DNA of 64,000 nt from positions 40,575 through 104,574 of IMG/VR virus record IMGVR_UViG_3300044844_000854; one strand, given 5' to 3'. The position numbers were made by a program, and so were the translations under genes. Position 1 is the first letter of the stretch. The number at the start of each line of letters is the position of its first letter. The notes under the pieces were generated by a model. It was not told the origin of the DNA. It made no database searches and saw only the letters and a list, made by a program, of their open reading frames with translations. Positions 1 to 11,060 of this stretch are shown piece after piece. The DNA is from a virus.

Positions 1-6
1 GGAAAT

Positions 7-261
7 ATGGAATTACCTAAAGAATTGAATATATCACCTGATCAATTATCATCAAAATCCTTAGAAGTGCCAAGTGGTGCAGATATGATTGATTTTAAAG
101 GATTGCCACAATTACAGTCATCTTCACCTGTCACTGTAAATATTACACTTAAAGAAGCTATTATAGAGCCTACAAGTGATGTATTCTTAAAGAAAGTAGC
201 TAATACACTTGTACCACATATTCAAGATGCACTTAATAGAAACAATACATCTATTGGATAA
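7..261 (+). CDS. C-terminal fragment of a gene running in from the left edge, probably the tape measure protein
   Basis: ORF begins at the window edge and directly precedes the baseplate-hub genes, the usual tape-measure position; inference from synteny only. Confidence 0.4.
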   Translation: MELPKELNISPDQLSSKSLEVPSGADMIDFKGLPQLQSSSPVTVNITLKEAIIEPTSDVFLKKVANTLVPHIQDALNRNNTSIG

Positions 262-351
262 TGTATAAAAAACGGAATGTATAAAAAAAGGAATATAAAA
301 TCTCTTTAGTATGATATATTATGAAAACAAAAATACTAAGGAGAATAAACA

Positions 352-966
352 ATGGCAGACAATTTAGGTAGTAAGAATAGTTGGTTTAAAACTACACTCG
401 AAAAAGGTAGTATAGAAGTATATGATCCTTCACAAAGACAGATTAGAGATGAGATTGGGTTTCAATTTATCCCTAGAGATGTTGTGGTAAAATACAATCC
501 AAACTATGAATTTTTATCTGCACCACAAGGTTTAAGGAATTTTGCTCAATTTGGTAGCACTAAACCAAGAGTAATTTCATTTGAACTTATGTATATTGGA
601 TCTACTCAAGATAATGATCTTAAAGAGATAGATACTATACAAAAAAAATTAAAATCTTTAGTTACACCTACAAGCATAGATAATACTAAATTAAAAACAG
701 ATATTGTTACTTTCCAAAACATAAGATTAGCACCACCACTTGTTAGATTAAAAATGGGTAATCTTGTTCAGGACACTACAGATAAATTGCCTATTGGTGT
801 AATCTCTTCTCTTACAATTAAGGGATTAAGTGTATCACCTAATGGACTTAAACTAAATCGCTTTAGTGCTGATATAGAATTTACAGAAAGCACAACAGAT
901 TATGGTTTAAACTTTGAAAATCAAGTCATATACCAAGAAATGAAGGCTAAAGGAATAATAAAATGA
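352..966 (+). CDS. Contractile tail tube-initiator / CIS tube-like baseplate protein
   Basis: FQFIP...QFGSTKPRVISFEL...APPLVRLKMG...GVISSLTIK...ADIEFTE pattern typical of CIS-tube/gpU-like proteins; AAGGAG RBS; synteny. Confidence 0.65.
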   Translation: MADNLGSKNSWFKTTLEKGSIEVYDPSQRQIRDEIGFQFIPRDVVVKYNPNYEFLSAPQGLRNFAQFGSTKPRVISFELMYIGSTQDNDLKEIDTIQKKLKSLVTPTSIDNTKLKTDIVTFQNIRLAPPLVRLKMGNLVQDTTDKLPIGVISSLTIKGLSVSPNGLKLNRFSADIEFTESTTDYGLNFENQVIYQEMKAKGIIK

Positions 967-1268
967 GATATGATACTTCTAGAATTAACTATACGAATTA
1001 TGATCTTGATGATAGTAGTAAGAACACTATTGATGTAGTAATACCTACTAGATATACTAATCCCTTTTTTAACTATTCCGTTTTTTCTATGGGATTATAC
1101 ACTACTCAATTTAGCGATACTTACCAATCTATTGCACAGAAACTTTACAATAATCAATTGTCTTGGCATACCATTGCAGATTTAAATCCTGAGTATGATG
1201 CACTTGAATATTGTGATGGATTACCTGATAACATTACAATTAAGGTGATCATTACAGAAAGCAAATAA
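963..1268 (+). CDS. LysM / tail-X-like baseplate protein
   Basis: DTYQSIAQKLYNNQLSWHTIADLNP is a LysM/gpX-like motif; overlaps the upstream stop (ATGA). Confidence 0.75.
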   Translation: MRYDTSRINYTNYDLDDSSKNTIDVVIPTRYTNPFFNYSVFSMGLYTTQFSDTYQSIAQKLYNNQLSWHTIADLNPEYDALEYCDGLPDNITIKVIITESK

Positions 1269-1293
1269 CATAGAAAAAAACGGACATTAAAAA

Positions 1294-2922
1294 ATGGGAA
1301 CAATAAAAAAAACACAAAAACTACCTAACCTACCAATAGATGCTAAATCAATCTACTCTATCGACTTAATGACAGAGTATATTCCATATTTCTTAGTATA
1401 TGTAAAACATACAGAAGATACAGAATATAGACCTATTGGTGATAAATTAATGGCAAGACTCACTGATTTAGAAATACAACTTACAGATAGGAAATCACCT
1501 CTTATAGAGATCACAATTGCACTTGAGAGTATGTTTATTTCTAGCAATGTCTTTGCTTATGACTCACAAGCACTTATAGGAACTTATTATAACTTAGACA
1601 ATGCACCCAAATCAAATAAAGCTTTACCTATTACAGATGATTTACTAAGAGATGAATTTGTTAGCTCTATTGATGGTATCACTAAATTCTTTGATTTAGG
1701 TAAAAAGGTAAAACTTGATTATGGATACAATGGATTTTACTCTACAATAGAGAACTATGATATTACTGACTTTAAACTACAGTTAAAGAATGGTGGTGTT
1801 GTTGCTACAATCATTGCTCAAAAATTGGGAAGAAGAAAAGACATCATATATCCTGCAATCGTATATACTAAAGGCACTGTTATAGATATTCTTAGAGATT
1901 TGGTATATCGCACAGGTATTGAACTTGATCCAAATATTATAGAAGATACACAAAAAGAACTTAAAGCATTAGAAAGTCAAATCTATGACGAAGAATTATC
2001 TTTAGATTTTCTTATCCAACAAGAAAGTGAACTTTACACTCAATACATAAATGAACTAGCTAAATCACCTATTAGTAGTAGCGATATTGAGGCTCAAATA
2101 CCTACATCAAATGTAGATGATATAAATGGTAGAGATATAGTTAAGGTAGATGCAACTGTATTTATCTTACTTTCCGATAAATTCTTAGAGATTATCCAAT
2201 TAAGAAAAGATATTCTCACACAAAGAGAAACAATTGCAGAGATTAAAGCTACTGCTAAAAACACATCTGCATTCTCAGATACATTTAAACTTTATGAATA
2301 TACAAGTGATGAACCATTTGTTGTAGAAAGTGCAACAATAAGAAAAACACTTTTGGATTTACTTAAAACACTAAACATTACACTAGAAGGCTCTCAGGAT
2401 AAACTATCACTAACAAGAGAGAATGACTATAAACTATCTTATGGTAAGCCTAATAGTGAAATTAAATCCATCACATTTAAAACAGAAGATTTACAAGAAA
2501 AAGCTAGATATTCAGGCAAACCTATAATTACTAGAAATACTGTAAATCAAGGTACTGAAAAGATAAATTTAAATACATCTACAAGCCCAGCAGGTACTCA
2601 AAAGATAGATTTAAATCCATTGCCTACTATCTCACAAAGAGGTGCTACTGCAAAAACAAGAAGTTCATATGAACAAGCTAAGATCAATCGTAATGCAAGA
2701 AATGTTTTGACTGCAAGTGTTGAAATGCTTACAGGTTATCCTGCATTTTACCCTTTAGATAAAATTGAACTTGATTTAGGTAATTCATTTTACTCAGGTG
2801 TTTATGTTATAGATCATGTGATACATGAATTTTCTGATAGTGGATTTAAGACAAAAATGGAATTAAACAAAGAAGCATCTAAAAAACTTAAACCTAAAGC
2901 TAAAGAAGGCACTCTTAGATAA
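1294..2922 (+). CDS. Baseplate hub protein (P2 gpD / T4 gp27-like)
   Basis: C-terminal GYPAFYPLDKIELDLGNSFYSGVYVIDHVIHEFSDSGFKTKMEL is characteristic of gpD-like hubs; lies between LysM and spike genes. Confidence 0.75.
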   Translation: MGTIKKTQKLPNLPIDAKSIYSIDLMTEYIPYFLVYVKHTEDTEYRPIGDKLMARLTDLEIQLTDRKSPLIEITIALESMFISSNVFAYDSQALIGTYYNLDNAPKSNKALPITDDLLRDEFVSSIDGITKFFDLGKKVKLDYGYNGFYSTIENYDITDFKLQLKNGGVVATIIAQKLGRRKDIIYPAIVYTKGTVIDILRDLVYRTGIELDPNIIEDTQKELKALESQIYDEELSLDFLIQQESELYTQYINELAKSPISSSDIEAQIPTSNVDDINGRDIVKVDATVFILLSDKFLEIIQLRKDILTQRETIAEIKATAKNTSAFSDTFKLYEYTSDEPFVVESATIRKTLLDLLKTLNITLEGSQDKLSLTRENDYKLSYGKPNSEIKSITFKTEDLQEKARYSGKPIITRNTVNQGTEKINLNTSTSPAGTQKIDLNPLPTISQRGATAKTRSSYEQAKINRNARNVLTASVEMLTGYPAFYPLDKIELDLGNSFYSGVYVIDHVIHEFSDSGFKTKMELNKEASKKLKPKAKEGTLR

Positions 2923-2931
2923 GGAATAGTC

Positions 2932-4347
2932 ATGGCAAGATTTACTAAAGGTTTAATGACCTACAAACAAGAAGAATATGAAACAAAACAATATGGTATA
3001 TTTGCAGGTGTTGTTAAAGATACAAATGATCCCCTTAAATTTGGTAGAGTAAAGGTATTTTGCCCATCTATCTATGCAGATCAACTTTCGCCCTGGTGTA
3101 CACCATGCTTTCCAGGTGGTATGGGTATGGAAAGTGGATTTGTAATTATACCAAGATTAGAAACTTATGTATGGGTAACATTTGAGGCAGGTGATGTATC
3201 TGCACCAATTTACTTAGGTGGATTTGCAGTAGAAACCCCTATAGGTAGAAATAGTGATAATTCAATTGTAGAGAATGATATTAAACACCAAGCAAATTCA
3301 TCACCATTACCTACACATTCACAAGCAATCCCACAGGGTAGTGATGTATCTAGTATTCATACAACAGGTGCTACATTGCCACCTTCATTCAATTCTAGCT
3401 ATGGTAGTAATATTGTATTTAAAACACCTAGTGGCAACATGATTGAATTAGATGATACAGATGGTTATGAACGAATATCACTAAAGCATAATACAGATAG
3501 CTTAATGGAAATTAGAAATGATGGCACAATCAATACTGTATCTACAGGTAACCAATACCAATATGTCGCAGGTGTGCTTAATCAAAAGATAGAAAAAGAT
3601 AAAATTGTAGACACCAATATGTCTTTATTTGAAACTGTTAATGGTAATGTTGTTAAGAATTACTTATCTAATTATTCACTAAATATAGGTGAAGATTTTT
3701 CACTTTCCGTTTTTTCAGGTGATGAGAATAAGGTTTGTAACTCACTTACTCATACTGTAAATGGTAGCTCTATCACATCTACATTAGGTGATCTTGAATT
3801 TTCTTCAGGCGGTAGCTTTAATCTTGCAGGTGCAAATAGCTTAAATCTATTCTCTATTGCAAATACTACAATCTTCTCTAGCAATTCACTAGATATTACA
3901 GGTTTAACTAAATCCATATCCATAAAGGGTAGCAATGGTGTTGCTGAATTAAATGCAAGTGATAGAACTAATCTTATATCCTATGGTGTAGAATGTATTG
4001 CTAATCCACAAACACTTACACAACAGGTATTTTTAGGTAATACTACTTTACCAAGTGCATCTCGTGTAGGTCCTACTACAATCCCTTTACTTAAAGAAGG
4101 TGTTGTTATGGGGACACAATTACAGATTATGCTTACTGCTGTTATTCAAGCTATCTCTACCTATGCTAAACTACTATCTGCAGGTGGGAATGCACCAGGT
4201 CTTGGATTACCTGATCCCACACTAGCAGCAGCAAATATTGCACTTACTGTAGCACTAGATACAATTACTGCATTATACTTGACACCTATACCACCAAGTG
4301 GTAATCCTTTATTTGCTAGTGATAGTGTATTTGTATCTAAGAAATAA
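2932..4347 (+). CDS. Baseplate central spike (gp5/VgrG/gpV OB-fold plus beta-helix)
   Basis: GVVKDTNDPLKFGRVKV, VWVTFEAGDVSAPIYLG and TPSGNMIELDDTDGYERI are Gp5-OB/spike signatures. Confidence 0.9.
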   Translation: MARFTKGLMTYKQEEYETKQYGIFAGVVKDTNDPLKFGRVKVFCPSIYADQLSPWCTPCFPGGMGMESGFVIIPRLETYVWVTFEAGDVSAPIYLGGFAVETPIGRNSDNSIVENDIKHQANSSPLPTHSQAIPQGSDVSSIHTTGATLPPSFNSSYGSNIVFKTPSGNMIELDDTDGYERISLKHNTDSLMEIRNDGTINTVSTGNQYQYVAGVLNQKIEKDKIVDTNMSLFETVNGNVVKNYLSNYSLNIGEDFSLSVFSGDENKVCNSLTHTVNGSSITSTLGDLEFSSGGSFNLAGANSLNLFSIANTTIFSSNSLDITGLTKSISIKGSNGVAELNASDRTNLISYGVECIANPQTLTQQVFLGNTTLPSASRVGPTTIPLLKEGVVMGTQLQIMLTAVIQAISTYAKLLSAGGNAPGLGLPDPTLAAANIALTVALDTITALYLTPIPPSGNPLFASDSVFVSKK

Positions 4348-4386
4348 CAATAACAATAACAATGATAAAAAACGGAATAGTAAAAA

Positions 4387-4581
4387 ATGACTAAACAAGA
4401 ACTAATCGACTTACTAAACCAAGCAGATAAAGATGCAATTGGATTTGATGTAGGTGCAGAAGGCGATAAGAAGATCAATGATAAAAACACTGCTTTAGCT
4501 GAAAACCTAATCAAATTTATGACAGAAAGCCTTGTGATAGATGTAGGTGGTATTACTTATCCTATAAAGGTGATACAATAA
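4387..4581 (+). CDS. Hypothetical protein (baseplate region)
   Basis: 64-aa ORF preceded by the CGG motif at start-associated spacing; coupled to the next gene. Confidence 0.55.
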   Translation: MTKQELIDLLNQADKDAIGFDVGAEGDKKINDKNTALAENLIKFMTESLVIDVGGITYPIKVIQ

Positions 4582-5045
4582 TGAATGAGAAATTCCCCTT
4601 TACTGAATATATGGATAACCCTTTAGAATATATAAACAATTTACCTAGAAACCAATCAAATGCACTACAAGATCAAATCAAAACACTTGTAGATGAAATT
4701 GAAACTAAAAACAAACCATTTTGGGAAGAACAAGGCATTACAGAAGAGCAAGCATTACAACCAATTCTTGAAAGAACACTTGCAATGACTGAAATGATTA
4801 AAGGCACTGATAAAGGTAAGGAACTGCTAAAAAACGGAGATGTAAAAAAACAATTAAATCAAACACTCTTAGATATGAAAAATATGATAAATCTAGTAGG
4901 ATATATTCAAAAGTCTAATGAAATATCAAACCTAAAGCAAACTATGACAGGTCTTGCTAATGAGGTTGAAAGGAGTAAACATGAAATCCTACAAAGATTA
5001 CCAATCCAACCAAACACCAATAGAAAAATCGGAACTACAAAATAG
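4581..5045 (+). CDS. Hypothetical helical protein
   Basis: 154-aa ORF with TAATG stop-start coupling. Confidence 0.55.
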   Translation: MNEKFPFTEYMDNPLEYINNLPRNQSNALQDQIKTLVDEIETKNKPFWEEQGITEEQALQPILERTLAMTEMIKGTDKGKELLKNGDVKKQLNQTLLDMKNMINLVGYIQKSNEISNLKQTMTGLANEVERSKHEILQRLPIQPNTNRKIGTTK

Positions 5046-6471
5046 TGTAAAAACGGAACAGATCAAAAAAGCCTTAGAAAACTCTTCTATTATTACAGGC
5101 ACACCATCTGTAAACTACACAAAGGAACAACCTTTAGGACAACAGGTATCTAATACATTATCCGACTATGCTAAAAACCAAATAGGGAAACAAATAGCAG
5201 ATGGATTTACTAGTGATGTATATAAAGATAGTGCATTTAATCAAAGCTATAATGGTGTAGAAGATTTTGCCAACAATTTTGGTAATAAACTAGGAATGTC
5301 TTGGCAAAAAACCTCACCATTTGACTTCTTAGGACTTACGGATAATTTACAAGATGCAATCGACCCTGTTAAAGGTGGTATTGACACTATTAAGGGTATT
5401 ATTGATCTTGTTGTAGCCGTTATTGATTTTGTAGCTAATCTCTTAATACTTACTGCAAATCTAGTGCAAGCTATTTTGACTGCATTCATTAAACTACTAG
5501 AAGCAGTTAGAGATTTACTTGTGAATACTAATATGTTTGTCTTAAATGCAAGTGAAAAAGCACTTACAGATAGAAGTGTTTATAATCAACTAATGGAAAA
5601 GGCTGTTCCTAGCTTAAAAACAAATCAAGATATTATACCTGATTTACTTACAAGCAGATACTTTACACCTAGCGAAACCATAAGAAGAATTTCCCTTAGC
5701 TATGATGATGAATTTGATAAAAATAGACCTATAGGTGTTACAGGTGGTGATATTCATTTGGTTGTTATGCCATATCTTTTAGCACCAAATATAGGTAACA
5801 TTATCCAACTCTATACACAATTCTTAGCATTACTAGATAAAAAAGCATTTAAAGATATACTTGATAGAATAAATAATATGGCAAATCCCGATTATGTAAA
5901 TAAATTAAAGGATAGACAATATCCCTACTACCTTTATAAAGATGGTCAAGGTCAATCACCTAATTGGACTAAAAAAGGATTAAGTGACATTACAGGTGTA
6001 GATGCTATTGTTAATTCACTAAACAAATTGATTGCTACACTAAAGGTTGCAAATAGTGCCGTAGAATTATTTAAACAAGCAGTACGACTATTCCAACAAA
6101 GAGTAAAACAAATTCAAGCAATTATAGATCGTATTCTTACTGCTATACAAGATTTAATTCAATTGACTACAATCCCTATAGGTGCTCTTACTATGTTTGG
6201 TACAGGTAGCATAGATACTGTTCAACAAGCATTCTTAGACTCACTAAATCACCCTACATCACCACTACAAGAAAAAGATGATGAAGGAAATTTACTAATA
6301 CAATCTCAAGCAAATGTATCTATGTTAGCTTATGTGATACACTTACAATTGGGTACAGGTAGTGCAATTGAATTTCTTAAAGCTCTATTCTCTGTTAGAG
6401 ATGCAGCAGTTAATGTATATTCAGGTGCTACAAATACTTCAAACATTCAAGTTAGCTACGATAATATATAA
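4981..6471 (+). CDS. Hypothetical virion/baseplate-region protein with amphipathic or hydrophobic helices
   Basis: Long ORF; start moved to ATG 4981, which follows AAGGAG; hydrophobic helix IIDLVVAVIDFVANLLILTANLVQAILTAF. Confidence 0.6.
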   Translation: MKSYKDYQSNQTPIEKSELQNSVKTEQIKKALENSSIITGTPSVNYTKEQPLGQQVSNTLSDYAKNQIGKQIADGFTSDVYKDSAFNQSYNGVEDFANNFGNKLGMSWQKTSPFDFLGLTDNLQDAIDPVKGGIDTIKGIIDLVVAVIDFVANLLILTANLVQAILTAFIKLLEAVRDLLVNTNMFVLNASEKALTDRSVYNQLMEKAVPSLKTNQDIIPDLLTSRYFTPSETIRRISLSYDDEFDKNRPIGVTGGDIHLVVMPYLLAPNIGNIIQLYTQFLALLDKKAFKDILDRINNMANPDYVNKLKDRQYPYYLYKDGQGQSPNWTKKGLSDITGVDAIVNSLNKLIATLKVANSAVELFKQAVRLFQQRVKQIQAIIDRILTAIQDLIQLTTIPIGALTMFGTGSIDTVQQAFLDSLNHPTSPLQEKDDEGNLLIQSQANVSMLAYVIHLQLGTGSAIEFLKALFSVRDAAVNVYSGATNTSNIQVSYDNI

Positions 6472-6482
6472 GGATAAACAAA

Positions 6483-6863
6483 ATGAACATTACACAGATT
6501 AAGGGATTATCATTTCCCTTTAGATTTAATGCAAATGGTAGTACGGATACACAAACATCACTAGATAAGATTGGTGCAAATCTCAAAATGATTGCAATCA
6601 CTACATTAGGTGAACGAATTTATAGACCTACATTTGGTAATGAAATCACTAAATACCAATTTAGAAACATTGATTTACTAGATATTCCTGCAATCAAACA
6701 AGATTTAAAACTTGCATTTAATCGTTTTGAGCCTAGAGCAATCATTACAAACATTGAAATTACCAAACAAGGTAATCAAGGCACTGTATATGTAGATGTA
6801 TCTTATGGTGTTACTCAAAATGGCTTACAATTACAAGTAAGTAATATTACTTTTTCCCTTTAG
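6483..6863 (+). CDS. Baseplate wedge protein gp25 / gpW-like
   Basis: GLSFPFRF...TTLGERIYRPTFG...FEPRA is the GPW_gp25 signature. Confidence 0.92.
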   Translation: MNITQIKGLSFPFRFNANGSTDTQTSLDKIGANLKMIAITTLGERIYRPTFGNEITKYQFRNIDLLDIPAIKQDLKLAFNRFEPRAIITNIEITKQGNQGTVYVDVSYGVTQNGLQLQVSNITFSL

Positions 6864-6912
6864 TAAATATATGATGTATAGTGAAAAAACGGAAAATAAC
6901 AAAGGATAAAAC

Positions 6913-8811
6913 ATGAGAACACTAAAGACAAAATCACTAGGTAACTTACCAATACAACTAGAGCCTACATCTAAAGAATTTCTATCCATTAGACAATCTA
7001 TGCTAGATACGATTGATCAAATTGCACCTGAATGGACGGATAGATATGCAGGTGATTTAGGTATTGTGCTTGTAGAACTTATGGCATATATGGGGGATAT
7101 TCTTTCATATAACATAGATAAAGCACAAAATGAAAGCTACCTTGCTACTGCTCAAGAACGAAAAAATATCATCAAACTTTTAGAACTAATTGGCTATAAT
7201 TTAAAATCAGGTAGTCCTGCACAAGTACCTATGGCAATCATTACTACTCAAGACCTTGTTACTATCCCTAAAGGTACTATTGTAGAGAGTAATGTAGGTG
7301 GTTATAGGTTTGAGTCACTTGAAAACATTGTGCTACAGGAGGCTGGTGTATATTGCCAAGCTGAATATGCAAGCCAATTATCACTTGCTTTAGGTGTAGA
7401 AGTAAATGCAATTAACAATGCTATTTTCTCTAGTGGTATTACTAAAACTGCATTACTTGGTAAATCAAATGGAAAAGCTAATCAAACTTTTATCCTTAGC
7501 GATATTGGTATTGTTATTGGTAGTAATAGCGACTTATCATTACAAATCAATGGTGCTACATGGACTGCACAAGAGTCATTTCTTGACACCGAGTCGGATA
7601 GTTTGGTTTATACTTATCGACTAAATGATGATGATACGGTTACAATTACATTTGGTAATGATTTAAATGGGGCAATTCCTGCAATTAACCAAAATATCAA
7701 CATTACTTATCGTGCAGGTGTTGGGCAAAAATACAATGCAATTGGTATAGGTGCAATTAGCAATCTAAAGAGTTCAATTCAAGGCATTGCTACAATTTAC
7801 AATGTTGCACAACCAAGTGGTGGTAGTGATAGTGAGTCAAATGATAGTGCTAAAAGAAATGGACCATTATCACTTAAAGCACTTGATAGGGCAATCACAC
7901 TACAAGACTTTGAAACATTAGCAATTAAAACACCAAATGCAGGTATCAAATCTGCTAGAGCTGTTGCAGGTGAAGGTGCTTATGATGTAGAAGTATATGT
8001 TGCTTGTGAAGGACAAAATCCAATCCCTAGTGGTAGGTGGTATCGTGATTTCAACACAGGCACAGGTATAGTAGGTATGGTAGGTAGGTATCTTTTTGAT
8101 CGTAAGCCTATCCCTACACGATTACTTGTAGCACCTTGTAGAGCGGTACAAATTAAACTAAATGCTAAGATTGGTGCATTATCTAACTACTTAAATGCAG
8201 AAGTAAAACTAAATGTGCTAAACTCTATTAGAACTGAATTGCTTAGATTATCTGATAGCTTTGGTAGATCATTGCCATTATCAAGGGTAATTCAAATCAT
8301 TGAAAATAGTAGAGGTGTGGATTATTGTGATATTATTACACTACATAGGAAACCTGTGCTTGTATTTAAGAATGGTAGCAATCAAAATGCAATTGATTTA
8401 GCTACACTTGATTTTGACTATGCATCTATCAGTGAAACTACTGTAGAAGATACTTATTATATAGAGTGGCAATCTACATTATCCTTTTTTATCAAGTCCG
8501 AAAAAAACGGGTATATCAAAAATGATAATACTAAGCTATTTGTAATGAATACACAGAGTAAAACATTCACAATATACACTTTACCTATAGTAGATACAGA
8601 AGATACACCTGAGAGATATAAGCAATTTACATTTACTCTTACTTTAGGTAATTCACTACCTACACAAGATGATATTTGGGAATTAAAGGTATCTCGAAAG
8701 ATTGATACAATTACACTATCACCTAATGAGATCATTGTGCCTAGATTACTTGGTAACAATCTCTTACTTGATGAGAATGATATTAAAATCAATGTTGTTG
8801 GAGGTAAATGA
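6913..8811 (+). CDS. Baseplate J-like wedge protein (eCIS Afp11-like architecture)
   Basis: APEWTD..GDLGIVLVELMAYMGDILSY..D...NESYLATA; GKSNGKANQTF; ITFGNDLNGAIP; GGSDSES; RAITLQDFE. Confidence 0.92.
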   Translation: MRTLKTKSLGNLPIQLEPTSKEFLSIRQSMLDTIDQIAPEWTDRYAGDLGIVLVELMAYMGDILSYNIDKAQNESYLATAQERKNIIKLLELIGYNLKSGSPAQVPMAIITTQDLVTIPKGTIVESNVGGYRFESLENIVLQEAGVYCQAEYASQLSLALGVEVNAINNAIFSSGITKTALLGKSNGKANQTFILSDIGIVIGSNSDLSLQINGATWTAQESFLDTESDSLVYTYRLNDDDTVTITFGNDLNGAIPAINQNINITYRAGVGQKYNAIGIGAISNLKSSIQGIATIYNVAQPSGGSDSESNDSAKRNGPLSLKALDRAITLQDFETLAIKTPNAGIKSARAVAGEGAYDVEVYVACEGQNPIPSGRWYRDFNTGTGIVGMVGRYLFDRKPIPTRLLVAPCRAVQIKLNAKIGALSNYLNAEVKLNVLNSIRTELLRLSDSFGRSLPLSRVIQIIENSRGVDYCDIITLHRKPVLVFKNGSNQNAIDLATLDFDYASISETTVEDTYYIEWQSTLSFFIKSEKNGYIKNDNTKLFVMNTQSKTFTIYTLPIVDTEDTPERYKQFTFTLTLGNSLPTQDDIWELKVSRKIDTITLSPNEIIVPRLLGNNLLLDENDIKINVVGGK

Positions 8812-10343
8812 TGAGAAAAATCTTACAAGGTTGGCAATTCTCTAAGGTAAGAACTACTGAAATTGCAGATATTGTAGAAATAGGCAATCAAATCCCCCTA
8901 CTAATCGAAGAAACTAATCTTCCTTTAGGTACAACTATTCATAGGGTAGTAGTAAGACAATCAATCATAAATGTAGGTGGTCAAATATCTTATGTACTTT
9001 CTAAAGCAATTGAAGATAGTCCACAAATCACTACTGATTGTTTAATTGTTAAGGTTGGTATCCCTTTAGATACAGCTCAATTCACATTTACAGGTGATAT
9101 TGCTATCCTATCTTCTGAAATTGAATACCCTAGAGCATATGATTTAAATAGATATAAGCTAGAATTTGAAGGATATGTAAATTCATACTCTACATATCGA
9201 GATGAATATATCACACAAATCATTTTACCTAGCACAAGTGGTATTGTTAAATATATAACACTACTTTATAAGGTAAATTTGGTAGGTGTACAAAGTGATC
9301 CATTCTATATCTACTCTCAAGTAAATTGCCTTAATAGTGGTGTTGCAAATAAACTCTACAATCCTTTAGAAAGTAAATTAGGTTTAAAGCTATTCAATCG
9401 CTTACCTGCATACCTTAAAAAAGAAGATGAAAAAAACGGAAATGCAACAAAAAAACTACTTAATATATTAGGTAGAACACTTGATGATGTAGAAACTAAA
9501 GTAAATCAAATCAAAAATACATATGATGTAGATAATGTAAATGCAGATAAAATACCATACATAGATAATCTTTTAGGTTGGGAAACAAATTTTGAACTAA
9601 ATGAACAGATTAGAAGATTTGAAACAAAAACTGCTATAGATGTATATAAGACTAAATCAACAACTAGAAGTATTGAACTTATCCTACAAGAGATACTTGG
9701 TTGGAATGTAGAAATTCAAGAGGGCTACCCTTATGTCTTTAGCTTAAATCAAAAACCTTATGAATTACTAGCTAAGCCTGATGATTGGAATGATACTACA
9801 GATGGTGATTGGGATCAATTGTTAGCAAACTCACCTTTATCTGTTACATATAATACAGATATGGGTATTGTTGATATAGGCTCTACATTCTCACCTATTG
9901 CAATCTTACCATCATTTTCAGATAAAAAAGATAACACAAGCAACAATTTTCAAAATCTAAATGGTGTACTTATTAAGCTATACCCACTACCTAATCGTAG
10001 GGTAAAATTAGGAAGAGATTTACTAGATAAGCTAAATGTATTACTACCACAACTATTGGTACATTATGCAGACTATTTTATCTCTGTTCAAGATGTATTT
10101 GATGAAACTATTAGACTTGGTATTGCTGATGACTATGATGATTTCTTAGGTTATGTCAATGGTGAAACACTTGGGCTCAAATCTAAGAGTGGTACAAAAA
10201 CACCATCACTTGTATTGTTTGAAACTTGGGGTGAAGATCGTGATTATGATAGCTTACTAAATGATGATTTTTATAGGCTATTCCATAATGCTATGGGTAT
10301 TGCAGGTAGCAATGTGGACGGTGGTTATACACCAAACGAATAA
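8808..10343 (+). CDS. Baseplate/tail protein containing a P2 gpI-like domain
   Basis: LFNRLPAYL...D, IPYIDNLLGWE, AIDVYKTKST match Tail_P2_I-type proteins; follows baseplate J. Confidence 0.75.
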   Translation: MMRKILQGWQFSKVRTTEIADIVEIGNQIPLLIEETNLPLGTTIHRVVVRQSIINVGGQISYVLSKAIEDSPQITTDCLIVKVGIPLDTAQFTFTGDIAILSSEIEYPRAYDLNRYKLEFEGYVNSYSTYRDEYITQIILPSTSGIVKYITLLYKVNLVGVQSDPFYIYSQVNCLNSGVANKLYNPLESKLGLKLFNRLPAYLKKEDEKNGNATKKLLNILGRTLDDVETKVNQIKNTYDVDNVNADKIPYIDNLLGWETNFELNEQIRRFETKTAIDVYKTKSTTRSIELILQEILGWNVEIQEGYPYVFSLNQKPYELLAKPDDWNDTTDGDWDQLLANSPLSVTYNTDMGIVDIGSTFSPIAILPSFSDKKDNTSNNFQNLNGVLIKLYPLPNRRVKLGRDLLDKLNVLLPQLLVHYADYFISVQDVFDETIRLGIADDYDDFLGYVNGETLGLKSKSGTKTPSLVLFETWGEDRDYDSLLNDDFYRLFHNAMGIAGSNVDGGYTPNE

Positions 10344-10455
10344 CATTAAAATAGAATGATGAAAAAAAACGGAACATAAAAAAAAGATTATGCTATACAC
10401 TACACCTTAGATATTATATAAAGAGATACAAAGACATACACTAAAGGAATACAAT

Positions 10456-11010
10456 ATGAACAAAATTGCCTTAACAATTGTGGGTAAATACCAAGACACC
10501 TTGATTGATAAAAACGGAAATGTAAAAAAACATGAGATCAAAAACAATCAAGTACAACTAACTGCTCTAAAGCTAATATCTTCACTATTTAAAAACCAAG
10601 CAAATACAATTGGTATTCAATACATTGCTTTAGGTAGTGGAGATGCTACTTGGGATTTACTAACAAATAACAAACCTAGCCCAATGCTTAATAGCAACAC
10701 TACACTTACAACAGAGATATTTAGAAAAGCTATCCCTATTACAGATATTGTATTTGTAGACCCTACGGCTGCTTTTGGTCAAGGTGCAATTTCTCAAACT
10801 GCCACTACAAGATTAAGAATTACTACTCAAATTGAAGCTAGTGAAGCTAATGATTCTCTTAGAGAATTTGCTCTTTTTGGTGGTACTGCAACAGGTATGC
10901 AAAATAGTGGATTTATGATCAATTGGGTAGCACACCCCTTGATTGAAAAGACAGAAGATGTTGTTCTTAATCGTATGATTGAACTAGACTTTGTTCTAGT
11001 AAATAACTAA
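10456..11010 (+). CDS. Tail fibre attachment / collar protein
   Basis: IQYIALGSGD...TLTTEIFRK...EANDSLREFALFGG pattern of tail-collar/fibre N-terminal domains. Confidence 0.7.
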   Translation: MNKIALTIVGKYQDTLIDKNGNVKKHEIKNNQVQLTALKLISSLFKNQANTIGIQYIALGSGDATWDLLTNNKPSPMLNSNTTLTTEIFRKAIPITDIVFVDPTAAFGQGAISQTATTRLRITTQIEASEANDSLREFALFGGTATGMQNSGFMINWVAHPLIEKTEDVVLNRMIELDFVLVNN

Positions 11011-11060
11011 ACTAAACACACACTCTTAGAAAAAAACGGAAATTACAAAAAGGAAATAAT

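Noticed and set aside
4343-4363. AATAAC x3 tandem repeat after the spike gene
   Set aside because: Short low-complexity slippage in an AT-rich gap; no recurrence or evident function
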